Shown here: piece by piece, positions 38,346-46,622 of the stretch
Position numbering within the stretch: the stretch's first letter is position 1
Layout: each line of letters begins with the position of its first letter
Assembly (NCBI GenBank): GCA_903893485.1
Contig: CAITMK010000004.1
Coordinates: 431 to 64,430 of the forward strand
Direction: 5' to 3'
Length of the DNA stretch: 64,000 bases
DNA from: Candidatus Magasanikiibacteriota bacterium
GTDB taxonomy: Bacteria > Patescibacteriota > Patescibacteriia > Magasanikbacterales > 2-02-FULL-50-9b
Program-made: the position numbers and the translations under genes
Notes under the pieces: model-generated
Seen by the model: the letters and a program-made list of their open reading frames with translations, nothing else
Told to the model about the DNA's origin: nothing
Database searches by the model: none

Positions 38346-40243
38346 GCTACTGCAGCCTCTTTTTGGGCCTGCCGCATTGCATTTAATTCAAGCATCCGCA
38401 TTTTAAGTGGGTCATCGCTGCTTTGTTTTAGTTTTTTCTTAAATGATGTGGTAAGCGCAGCAATCGCTTCCTCTTTTGTGGTAGCGCCTCGCATACCATC
38501 GACAAATTTATTCATGACATCATGATTCTTTGTAATTTTTTCAACTTCAATTTCAGACAGGTCTGCACCATAACCTCTTTCAGCTACCAATTGTACAAAA
38601 GTATCCTCATCAAGAGTATTCACCGGGTGTTGAAAAAAAATAGCAACAATCTTTTCAATTAGTTTTTTATTTTTTTCTCTCTGTTCATCTTCTTTTTTTA
38701 GCATTTCAGCTTTGATTGCCGCGTATTTGTCGGCAACTGGACCACCGTCGACAACGATTTTATCAATAAGTTTTTGAGCGGCTAATTCTATTGATTCCTC
38801 AGGAAATATTTTTTTCAAACGTTCAACAATTTTTGTTCGTAATTCAATAAGCTCCGGATCTTTCAAAAAGATATCAGATGCCAAATCTTCGACGCCAATC
38901 ATTTTCTTCGCAAATAACTGCAGCTCGGTGTCATCCAACAGTGCAGCATCTTTTATAGTAAATAGTTTTTTTAAAGCATCCGCTGACCCCGCTTGGTGAG
39001 CAACAAATTCCTGTAACCCCTTTCTAAGGCCTTCCAGATACAAAACGTATTCAGGATCTTCACCCACTACACCTTTATTTTCTGTTAACAACCCTGCCAA
39101 GCGAATTCTCTCTTGACCATGCCCCGCACCCACGTCTGTTCTGGCAGAAAATCGATCAGCACTCAGAACTTTTACATCTGGAGCATCGATAATCTTACCA
39201 ATCTGCGATAATCGCCTTCCGAATTCAGGATCTTCGCCGCCGCCAATTTTAGGAACCCCACCAACTAATGCAGCTTCGAATGCTCGGCTCGCCATATTTG
39301 CACCGGAAAAAGAAACCGCTTTTGTCTCTGGCTTTTCAACTTTATCCGATACACCATATAAATATAATTCGAGAACTTTTCTGTAATTATATTGCAACTC
39401 CGAATAGTTTGAAATATTTTCAAACAAATCTCCTTGCTCCGTTTGCTCAAAATCTAATCCACCTGCAATGCCAACAATAGCAGGGTTATCATGAAATACC
39501 TTTATTACATTAAAAACATAATTTTCATCAAGTTTTGTATCCGCGTCAGTCTGCCCAATAATACCATTTGATTTTTTTTGTTCGTAAAAACGAGCCGCTG
39601 CTTCTGCAACACCACGATTTCTCGCACCACCCACATTTGCTTCGCCTGGTGGTAATTCATTTCCTGGTGTAGCTTTATCGATTGCGTAAATTTTTATTCC
39701 CTGCGTTTTAATTTTATCGATAATTTTTCTTTCAGCATCGCTTAAATCTGGAGCGTCACTTCCCCCATTAATAAATTCAATGATACGCAAACAAATTTGA
39801 TTTTCTTCAAGCGCGGTGTGATAGTGCGCCAGCGATCTTTCGTAATCTGCATCACTCATGTTTTGCTTTCTTTGTGGCACACCAGCCGGATTATTAATCA
39901 CAAAAATCGCCTCAAATGATTGAGGTGCGACAGGTGTTTGATTCGCAAGCGACTCGAGTGGACGAAAAATTGCATCTCGCTCCCCGTATGCAGGGATTAC
40001 AATTGAGACTTCACACAATGCGTCCATCGGCGTCTGAATTCGATGTTCACTTGCGGGCAAATTTTCTTGTAGATACCCCTCGATCTTCTGGTTCATCTGG
40101 TCACGTTGTCTATCTACATTTCTATCTACCTGCAGCGCCGCTTGTACACGCACACTATCGACTGGCGCACTTTGATTCAGCACTGGCAGTTCTGCGTCCA
40201 CACGGGCCGCTTCGTTTGTAATTATTTTTGGATCCCCTGTCAT
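38342..40243 (-). CDS. Large hypothetical protein with an internal GT-A fold glycosyltransferase (GT2-like) domain and a C-terminal helical region.
   Basis: N-terminal PVDSVRVQAALQV motif shared with the 700- and 383-aa proteins. SIVIPAYGERD ... QTDADTKLD (DxD) GT-A signature. Confidence 0.6.
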   Translation of the reverse strand: MTGDPKIITNEAARVDAELPVLNQSAPVDSVRVQAALQVDRNVDRQRDQMNQKIEGYLQENLPASEHRIQTPMDALCEVSIVIPAYGERDAIFRPLESLANQTPVAPQSFEAIFVINNPAGVPQRKQNMSDADYERSLAHYHTALEENQICLRIIEFINGGSDAPDLSDAERKIIDKIKTQGIKIYAIDKATPGNELPPGEANVGGARNRGVAEAAARFYEQKKSNGIIGQTDADTKLDENYVFNVIKVFHDNPAIVGIAGGLDFEQTEQGDLFENISNYSELQYNYRKVLELYLYGVSDKVEKPETKAVSFSGANMASRAFEAALVGGVPKIGGGEDPEFGRRLSQIGKIIDAPDVKVLSADRFSARTDVGAGHGQERIRLAGLLTENKGVVGEDPEYVLYLEGLRKGLQEFVAHQAGSADALKKLFTIKDAALLDDTELQLFAKKMIGVEDLASDIFLKDPELIELRTKIVERLKKIFPEESIELAAQKLIDKIVVDGGPVADKYAAIKAEMLKKEDEQREKNKKLIEKIVAIFFQHPVNTLDEDTFVQLVAERGYGADLSEIEVEKITKNHDVMNKFVDGMRGATTKEEAIAALTTSFKKKLKQSSDDPLKMRMLELNAMRQAQKEAAVA

Positions 40244-40246
40244 AAA

Positions 40247-40696
40247 TTATGGATATACCTGAGCCAATATCGAAATCAATTTCACCACCTTATCTTTATC
40301 CGATCCAATAACCACAATATATGATTCTTTTGTGGAGATACTTGCTTTTGTTCTGCCCGATACATCTTGGACTTGCATTTGACCATTATTAAACGTCCAA
40401 CTTGGATCAAATTTTTTACCAGCCGAGATATTTATTACATTCGCGATATCTCCCCAGCCAGTTGCATTAAGCACCGTTTCATTTGCTCTAAAATATTGTT
40501 CTGGCGGCTGAAATTTTCCTCCTTGCTGATTAATGATGCTTACGTTTGTAAATCCTGCATCAACGACAAGCGCCTTCATATCTTCCATTGATTTAGGCAT
40601 TTGATAGGTCGCCGCGTGAACCTGTGTGCGTAGAACAAATAGCGCTATGCCAAAAATAATAAGTGGTAGAGAGCTATATTTTAATAATTTTTGCAT
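40247..40696 (-). CDS. Secreted hypothetical protein (signal peptide).
   Basis: 149 aa. N-terminal MQKLLKYSSLPLIIFGIALFVLRTQVHAATYQ. Confidence 0.45.
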   Translation of the reverse strand: MQKLLKYSSLPLIIFGIALFVLRTQVHAATYQMPKSMEDMKALVVDAGFTNVSIINQQGGKFQPPEQYFRANETVLNATGWGDIANVINISAGKKFDPSWTFNNGQMQVQDVSGRTKASISTKESYIVVIGSDKDKVVKLISILAQVYP

Positions 40697-40749
40697 AAAA
40701 TAATCACTTGTTTGTAGATTAACGCTATTATAGCGTTAATCATGAGCAA

Positions 40750-41550
40750 TCACGCTATAAACTTTTTAGCACTTTTTGCTAATCGCAAGGCGAGCATTTC
40801 ATCGCCATTTAAAATGATTGCGAGGCCAGGATATAATTTCTTAACGACATCAACACCGTCGCGCTGATAAAAAGTTACCAATCTGCCACGATCTTCTCTT
40901 TCTACTGGTATCAGACCTTCTTGAGTAAGACTATCATAATCTAATTCGTTTGCACCCGCAAAATAAAGCTCTCCACTTTTACAAACCCCAAAACCATGCC
41001 CCATAATTGCCATATGCAAGAATGCATCTGACTCTGAAAATGGCACATCATCTTTTAAAACAAACTTTATTGCAGCGTCAGCGTGAATAGATTTCGTGGC
41101 TTCAAGTAAAACCCCCTCACCCCCGACAAACGCAGCGGTCAATTCATTTTTAATCCGTTCAACATCGGCTAAATAACTTTTTGCATCGAGATCATGATCA
41201 CTCACCTCATGACATGCGCGTACAAGCAGCATCCATAACTGCACCTCTGGACGTTCCCCCTCACCAAGATCCTGAGCTCGGCTCCAAATAGCACCAACAT
41301 GCAATTCTTTAGTGAGTGTGTCTACCGCATCCATAGATACACCAGCACTAGAAGCAATTTTTTCAACAATCTGACGAACCTCTTTTACCGCAAGCATGCC
41401 AGCGGGATCAAGACCGCGCACAATACGCCCCTCAAGACCGCGAAGTCCATATGCCCGAAGCTGCTCCCCATGCGCTTCGATTTGTTTTGCCTCTTGTTCT
41501 TGGGTAGAATGATTTTGAACTATTGTTGCCCCCATCATCGATTCTGACAT
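40750..41550 (-). CDS. Hypothetical protein (266 aa), first gene of the 266/149/633 operon.
   Basis: No recognisable domain. SMDAVDTLTKELHV loosely resembles the shared N-terminal motif. Confidence 0.45.
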   Translation of the reverse strand: MSESMMGATIVQNHSTQEQEAKQIEAHGEQLRAYGLRGLEGRIVRGLDPAGMLAVKEVRQIVEKIASSAGVSMDAVDTLTKELHVGAIWSRAQDLGEGERPEVQLWMLLVRACHEVSDHDLDAKSYLADVERIKNELTAAFVGGEGVLLEATKSIHADAAIKFVLKDDVPFSESDAFLHMAIMGHGFGVCKSGELYFAGANELDYDSLTQEGLIPVEREDRGRLVTFYQRDGVDVVKKLYPGLAIILNGDEMLALRLAKSAKKFIA

Positions 41551-41843
41551 AAAATATGCGATTGATTATTTTCATCTATTATAGCAAATCTGACACAGAT
41601 TTTTAGCACAATACCAAAGTTTTTTCAACTTATTCAATAGATCGGCCCCATAGGACCATCAAAAATAATAAGGCCCATAATTGCGTCGCGTAGCGAATGA
41701 CCTTCTTTTGCCTTTATGCCATAGCCTGCGCGCCAATTATATGGGCTTATTTTTTTATCTTCCTGCAATAAAATAAAACAAGTATGCGAATAAACTAGTC
41801 ATAAAAAATGATACTTTTCTTAGTATACACGTATTATCCATAA

Positions 41844-41867
41844 ACAAAAAACAGGGCTCTCGCCCTG
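41844..41867 (-). terminator. Rho-independent terminator downstream of the RT fragment.
   Basis: cagggcgagagccctg hairpin, then U6 on the minus strand. T-run also on the top strand (bidirectional). Confidence 0.65.
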
Positions 41868-41952
41868 ATTTTTGGTGGCACACCGTAGTGGAGGAAGTCA
41901 GGAAAAATTGCGTGAATGAAATGTATACGCACACAGAGGTAAAAATGCTTAA

Positions 41953-42537
41953 TTAATTTTTATCCGAAAGCAGCCAATCCAAATTCATTAGTTCCCTCTG
42001 AACTTTCAAAGTGTTCCCATGTCGCAACAATCCTCGATATGACTGTATTCGACCCTCAACACCCTGAACCAGTATCCGCCGAAACATTCGCTGTTTTGAC
42101 GCTCTACGCAATATGCGATGTTTTGGAAAATTAACCCATCCTAAAAAATCAACGCCCAAAACGATTGATTGAAGATAAATTTTATCTGGGTGAATTACCA
42201 GCCCAAGCTCCGACTGCAAAAAATTATCCATCAACCGAAGTTGTCCCTCTAGCCATGCACGGTCATGTGACATCACAACGAAATCATCGGCGTATCGAAT
42301 ATAAAACCGCGCCTTCAGTTTATGCTTCACAAACTGATCGAACACATTCATATACACGTTGGTGAATAGCTGTGATGTTAAGTTACCAAGTGGTAAACCT
42401 ACACCCGCAGATGTCTCAAAACTTTTTATAATATGTTCCAGCAGATCCATGATCCGTTCATCAGGAATATAGCACCTTAAAATCTTAATGAGCCGTGCGT
42501 GATCGATGTTTGCGAAAAACTTCCGAATATCACATTT
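41953..42537 (-). pseudogene. 5'-truncated reverse transcriptase with DGR-type motif 4.
   Basis: Minus frame reads VLKCDIRKFFANIDH (motif 3), GLPLGNLTSQLFTNVYMNVFD ([ILV]GxxxSQ is DGR-specific), IRYADDFVV (motif 5), FLGW (motif 7). No motifs 1-2 in any frame upstream. The ORF-track N-terminal 45 aa are an out-of-frame readthrough of the neighbouring GC-rich gene. Confidence 0.7.
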
Positions 42538-43177
42538 CAAAACCGGGCTGTTTCCATAAAGAGTTGCGAACGGCGAGAAACCGATAGTTGCCGTTCCAGC
42601 TGTTGCTCCACCAGAACAGGTCCAGCTTCCGCTCGTCACCGTTCCGGTAGAGGTACGGGGCACGGCGGTCGTCACCGTGACCCCAGATCGAACCCAAGCC
42701 CATGATCGCGTACTTGCGCTGTTCGTCGGGATTTTTCACGGCGTAGGCCAGGAGTTCGCGCAACGTCGCAGGACGGAAGCCATCTTTGTCCATCGCCGAA
42801 ACGACGTCCTTGGACGACATGTCCTTGCCGAAGTGGTAGAGCTTGACCTGGAGGTTCTGCTCGCCCGTCTCATGCGCCTGGTTCGGGAAGTTCTTCTCGA
42901 CGATGTCGTCGTACTTCCAGTCGAACGCGGCGGCCGTGATGGCGTCGATCAGCTTGAGCGCGTAATCGACCGAAAGCACTTCGCAGCCGTCGGGAATGGT
43001 GATCCCGCGCTCAGCCATGATCTGCTTGGCGATCTCAGTGGCCAGCTTCTTGTCCTTGAGGATGCGCAGGATGTCTTCATCGTTGCCGCCCATGTCGAGC
43101 ACGGCGTTGACGAGCACCTTCACGACCTCGAACATTTTGCCAAAGTTCTTGAGCAATTCACTTACAGGACGAGCCAT
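42530..43177 (-). CDS. Hypothetical protein (215 aa), GC-rich islet 4, occupying the position of the RT 5' half.
   Basis: GAGAGG SD. GC about 58% from about 42545 to 43270 with an abrupt drop at both edges. The + strand ORF 42677..43348 is a shadow. Confidence 0.5.
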   Translation of the reverse strand: MARPVSELLKNFGKMFEVVKVLVNAVLDMGGNDEDILRILKDKKLATEIAKQIMAERGITIPDGCEVLSVDYALKLIDAITAAAFDWKYDDIVEKNFPNQAHETGEQNLQVKLYHFGKDMSSKDVVSAMDKDGFRPATLRELLAYAVKNPDEQRKYAIMGLGSIWGHGDDRRAPYLYRNGDERKLDLFWWSNSWNGNYRFLAVRNSLWKQPGFEM

Positions 43178-43341
43178 TTTGAGCCTCTCACTTCTGTGTG
43201 GCCTACCGCTTATCCCGAGTCACCCGACCCAAGACCTACGGCTTACCAACTGCCAACCGATTTGGCTGCAGTAATTAAATTTGCTCTGTTGAGAGAAAAC
43301 CTAGTTATTGCGGCTAAATTAGGTACTGTTATTGACTATCA

Positions 43342-43370
43342 TTTATAGCACGATTTGGTGATTTTGTCAA
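43342..43370 (-). promoter_or_regulatory. Sigma70-like promoter TTGACA-17-TATAAA (minus strand).
   Basis: RC reads ttgaca aaatcaccaaatcgtgc tataaa. It lies in AT-rich DNA between tRNA-Trp and the GC-rich cassette, about 145-nt leader. Confidence 0.5.
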
Positions 43371-43414
43371 GGTGATGGCTCAAAATTTGGCTAATTAGTG
43401 AGTGAAAATCAAAA

Positions 43415-43438
43415 ACCCCACTTTCGTGGGGGTCTCGA
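43415..43438 (-). terminator. Rho-independent terminator after tRNA-Trp.
   Basis: RC reads cccccacgaaagtggggg followed by ttttt. Confidence 0.6.
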
Positions 43439-43439
43439 G

Positions 43440-43510
43440 CACGGGATGAGGGAATCGAACCCCCGCCAAAGGTTTTGGAGACCTTCGTTCTACCATTAAA
43501 CTAATCCCGC
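43440..43510 (-). tRNA. tRNA-Trp (anticodon CCA).
   Basis: RC folds as GCGGGAT-TA-GTTT/AATGGTA/GAAC-G-AAGGT/CTCCAAA/ACCTT-TGGC-GGGGG/TTCGATT/CCCTC-ATCCCGT-G. 3' CCA is not encoded. Confidence 0.85.
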
Positions 43511-43515
43511 ATACT

Positions 43516-44289
43516 TTATTTTCCTGACTTTGCTTGCAACATCGCAACGCGAAGTGTCACACTACTGTACACGATGAGCGCAATTGTTTCAATAAGATCT
43601 GCACCACCATATCCACCAACAGACAAAATGGTCCAAAGAAGCAATGGCCCCGTCATTGCTGCCATGTTGAGCCGAAATGCCTGGGCAAATCGAATCGGTT
43701 GTGCCTTTGCCATTTTATGTGCAAACACCACAAGCAAACTCCACAGCATCACTACCACCAAAGACAATGCCAGCTTCCATGCGCACATAACCACAAATAG
43801 TACCACGGTAATACCCGCTGCCAATTTCCCCTGGTATGAGCCCCACACAGCTTTAACACCGCTGCCAGTGAGTGCAAAATCTTGGTTACCGCCCCACAGC
43901 ATTTGCTGTGAATTTTGCGGAGTCACCAGCTGAATCGCGGTGCGTGAAACAGAAATACCTTGCGTCACTGCACCCAACGTGCTCGTACTGGTATCAATTT
44001 TTAACGCGAAATCCTTATCTTGAAACGCAAATGGCTGTGCAATTCCCGCAATGGTCAAATCATCGCCTTTTTTGGTTGCACTAATACCATCGGGAATTTT
44101 GTGCACGTAATATCCAACTTGGTTAAGGCCACCAGCAATTGCCGGCGCCATGGTTGCCACCACGATTGCGACCGCCAAAATATGCGTCTGAAACCAAAAA
44201 GACCATGGAGTCTTGTACTCCGGTCTCAGTAGTAGCGCAAGGGATTCAACGTCACTCGCCCATTTCCACAGCCGACGAAAGAACTCCAT
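43516..44289 (-). CDS. Hypothetical polytopic membrane protein.
   Basis: About 257 aa from the MEFFRRLWKW start, which avoids overlap with rpmG. 6-7 TM helices. Confidence 0.35.
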   Translation of the reverse strand: MEFFRRLWKWASDVESLALLLRPEYKTPWSFWFQTHILAVAIVVATMAPAIAGGLNQVGYYVHKIPDGISATKKGDDLTIAGIAQPFAFQDKDFALKIDTSTSTLGAVTQGISVSRTAIQLVTPQNSQQMLWGGNQDFALTGSGVKAVWGSYQGKLAAGITVVLFVVMCAWKLALSLVVVMLWSLLVVFAHKMAKAQPIRFAQAFRLNMAAMTGPLLLWTILSVGGYGGADLIETIALIVYSSVTLRVAMLQAKSGK

Positions 44290-44297
44290 ACCAAAAA

Positions 44298-44453
44298 TTA
44301 TTTGGTTTCTTTGTGGAGCGTGTGCTTGAGGCAGTGTTCGCAATGCTTCTTAAGCTCAAGACGGTTCTTGATCTTCTTTTTATTTTTATGAGTGTAATGC
44401 GTAACTCGCTTGCATTCGGTGCACTCGAGCTTGATGAGATTGTCTTGTGACAT
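44298..44453 (-). CDS. rpmG: 50S ribosomal protein L33.
   Basis: [51 protein letters not shown] (CxxC...CxxC). The upstream part of ORF 44298..44636 runs through a tRNA and is spurious. Confidence 0.9.
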   Translation of the reverse strand: MSQDNLIKLECTECKRVTHYTHKNKKKIKNRLELKKHCEHCLKHTLHKETK

Positions 44454-44485
44454 ACAATAAATTATTATCCGAACAATTTTCCGAA

Positions 44486-44558
44486 AGCCAGCAGAGGGAT
44501 TCGAACCCACGACCTTCGCTTTACAAAAGCGCTGCTCTACCAACTGAGCTATGCTGGC
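44486..44558 (-). tRNA. tRNA-Thr (anticodon TGT).
   Basis: RC reads GCCAGCATAGCTCAGTTGGTAGAGCAGCGCTTTTGTAAAGCGAAGGTCGTGGGTTCGAATCCCTCTGCTGGC with loop TTTGTAA. Confidence 0.8.
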
Positions 44559-44559
44559 C

Positions 44560-44645
44560 TGGTGGGTGGAGAAGGATTCGAACCTTCGAAGGCGAAAGCC
44601 AACAGATTTACAGTCTGCCGTGTTTGACCGCTTCACTATCCACCC
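44560..44645 (-). tRNA. tRNA-Tyr (anticodon GTA), long variable arm, CCA encoded.
   Basis: RC reads GGGTGGATAGTGAAGCGGTCAAACACGGCAGACTGTAAATCTGTTGGCTTTCGCCTTCGAAGGTTCGAATCCTTCTCCACCCACCA. Confidence 0.85.
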
Positions 44646-44807
44646 GATGAATAGAACGGATATATACTATCAATTTCACGCAAATAAATCAAGAGCTGGG
44701 GAAAAAACCGCGGATTTTGATTATTTCCCTTATTTTTGAGGTTTTTGGCTTTGCTGCGCGCCAAGGTGAAAATAAAAAAACTGCAACAGAATTGCAGTTT
44801 TTTTAAC

Positions 44808-44883
44808 TGGAGCCGTTAATCGGGATTGAACCGATGACCTCGTCCTTACCAAGGACGTGCTCTACCAACTGAGCTACAACGGC
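44808..44883 (-). tRNA. tRNA-Thr (anticodon GGT), CCA encoded.
   Basis: RC reads GCCGTTGTAGCTCAGTTGGTAGAGCACGTCCTTGGTAAGGACGAGGTCATCGGTTCAATCCCGATTAACGGCTCCA. Confidence 0.85.
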
Positions 44884-44992
44884 GTAGTGAGAAAGAAATT
44901 TGAGCGCTCGCGCTCGAAATTTCTTTCGAACGGAGCCGCCAAGCCCGAGCGCCAAAGGCGCGAAGGAGCTGGAACGGCGAATGACGCTTAAT

Positions 44993-45892
44993 TTAAAGAT
45001 TCCGAATCCTTTCGACCCACTCCCCTAACTTCTGATTTTCGGGGTTTACTGTCTGAAGATCGGCAAGGGCTTGCGAAGCAAGACTCTTGTCGCCTGATAT
45101 TATACTGATTTCTATGAGATGGTCAAGTATCTTTGGATTATGAGGTTCTTTTTCAGCTGCTTTTTGATATGCAGACTTTGCTTTTTCAACATTTCCAAGG
45201 GTTTCGTAACATTCACCAAGATCAACCCAGCGTTTAGCCAAGGAGTCGTCCAGCGCCGCCGCACGGCCGAATGCTGCCGTTGCCTCGGCCCACTTCCCTG
45301 ACGCCTTCAGAGTGCGCCCTAGGAAGCCCCAGGCGCGTTCGTGACCCGTGTCTAAGGTTTCGACTACATGACGCAATGCCTCTTCCGCCTCCTGCCATTT
45401 TTCGGCTCGGAAGTACGATTTGCCAAGGCCAAGATATGCGTTTACATTACGCGGATCAAGCGTAATGATTTCGATATATTTTTTTTCAGCTTCGTCAAAA
45501 TTTTCTGCGCGACGTGCCTGGTCAGCGGTATCCAAAAGCGCAAGCAAATGCGCGCGACGTTCTCCCCGGCTTCGCCCGCGCCATTCATTCCATTTTTCTT
45601 TCCACTGCATGGTACGGTGTTGGTCTGCAATATGATTTGCTAAATCACGAAACCCTTTTTGCACCGCAACCCAGCCGGTATATACCGGACCCATTTTTTG
45701 AAGTGTGGTAAGCGTGGTGCGCTGAATATTACGAACCAAACGCGCGGCAACCAATTCCGTTTTCATTTGTTTTTCTTGCGCGCGAGGAATACTTGAAACA
45801 TCAAGCGCCACAAGCGCCGCACGATGCCGCGCAATAATAGCACTCAGTACCACGAGCGCCACGATAAGCATGATGATCCAAAATACTAACAT
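44993..45892 (-). CDS. Membrane-anchored TPR-repeat protein.
   Basis: N-terminal TM helix, then a helical region and 5-6 TPR-like repeats. Confidence 0.55.
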   Translation of the reverse strand: MLVFWIIMLIVALVVLSAIIARHRAALVALDVSSIPRAQEKQMKTELVAARLVRNIQRTTLTTLQKMGPVYTGWVAVQKGFRDLANHIADQHRTMQWKEKWNEWRGRSRGERRAHLLALLDTADQARRAENFDEAEKKYIEIITLDPRNVNAYLGLGKSYFRAEKWQEAEEALRHVVETLDTGHERAWGFLGRTLKASGKWAEATAAFGRAAALDDSLAKRWVDLGECYETLGNVEKAKSAYQKAAEKEPHNPKILDHLIEISIISGDKSLASQALADLQTVNPENQKLGEWVERIRNL

Positions 45893-45893
45893 A

Positions 45894-46622
45894 TTATTTT
45901 GCGTTTTTTATGCATGCCGCAAGCGATGCAAATTTGGCAGACGCGCCACCAATTAATACGCCATCAATATTTTTTTCTGCGAGTAGCGCCGCGATATTTT
46001 CTGGCGATACAGAGCCGCCATAACAAACACGCACTGGCGCATTTGCCAAATCTTTTATGTACGCATGAATTTGCGCTGCATCTTCTGGTGCAACGGCGGT
46101 GCCCATGCCAATTGCCCAACGTGGTTCGTAAGCAAAAATTAACTCAGAAGGATCTTTAACCGCGCTCAGTGCGGCGCGGACCTGCGCACCAACCACCACG
46201 CGTGTTTTTTTAGCCGCACGCTCTGCCGCGGTTTCACCAACGCACACGATTGGTGTTACTTTTGCGGCGCGCGCTGCTTTTATTTTTTCTGCAATCAATG
46301 CGTCGGTTTCAAAATATTCCGCGCGACGTTCGCTGTGACCTAGAATTACGTGCGTTGCACCAAGGATACGTAAATCAGTTGGTGATACCGCGCCGGTGTG
46401 CGCCCCAACAAGTGTCGCGCCGCAATCTTGCGCGGCAATTTTAATTTTTGTTTTCGCGGCATCGAGCACGGGCAGCGCAACAAAACTTGGTGCAATAATC
46501 AAATCAACGCCGTTCATTTTGCTATCGCGATCGAGCTGCAAAAGCTGCGCAAATAATTTTGCAGATTCTTTGATGCTTAAATATTGTTTCCAGTTTGCAA
46601 TGATGAATGGTTTCATAGCCAA
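45894..46622 (-). CDS. tpiA: Triosephosphate isomerase.
   Basis: ANWK, ILGHSERR, CVGET motifs. Confidence 0.9.
   Translation of the reverse strand: MAMKPFIIANWKQYLSIKESAKLFAQLLQLDRDSKMNGVDLIIAPSFVALPVLDAAKTKIKIAAQDCGATLVGAHTGAVSPTDLRILGATHVILGHSERRAEYFETDALIAEKIKAARAAKVTPIVCVGETAAERAAKKTRVVVGAQVRAALSAVKDPSELIFAYEPRWAIGMGTAVAPEDAAQIHAYIKDLANAPVRVCYGGSVSPENIAALLAEKNIDGVLIGGASAKFASLAACIKNAK

Noticed and set aside
41953-43177. Possibility of an intact DGR (RT, TR and a VR-bearing target).
   Set aside because: RT motifs 0-2 are absent in all three minus-strand frames. No second near-copy of the 3' ~120 nt of the upstream gene (TR/VR pair) was found anywhere in the window, so it is annotated as a remnant.
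42677-43348. 223-aa plus-strand ORF across GC-rich islet 4.
   Set aside because: Its L/V/R/H/D-rich composition is typical of the antisense of a GC-rich gene. The minus-strand gene has an SD and a promoter.
44298-44636. 112-aa ORF from the track.
   Set aside because: Only the 3'-terminal 51 codons (rpmG) are real. The upstream part runs straight through tRNA-Thr(TGT) and tRNA-Tyr.
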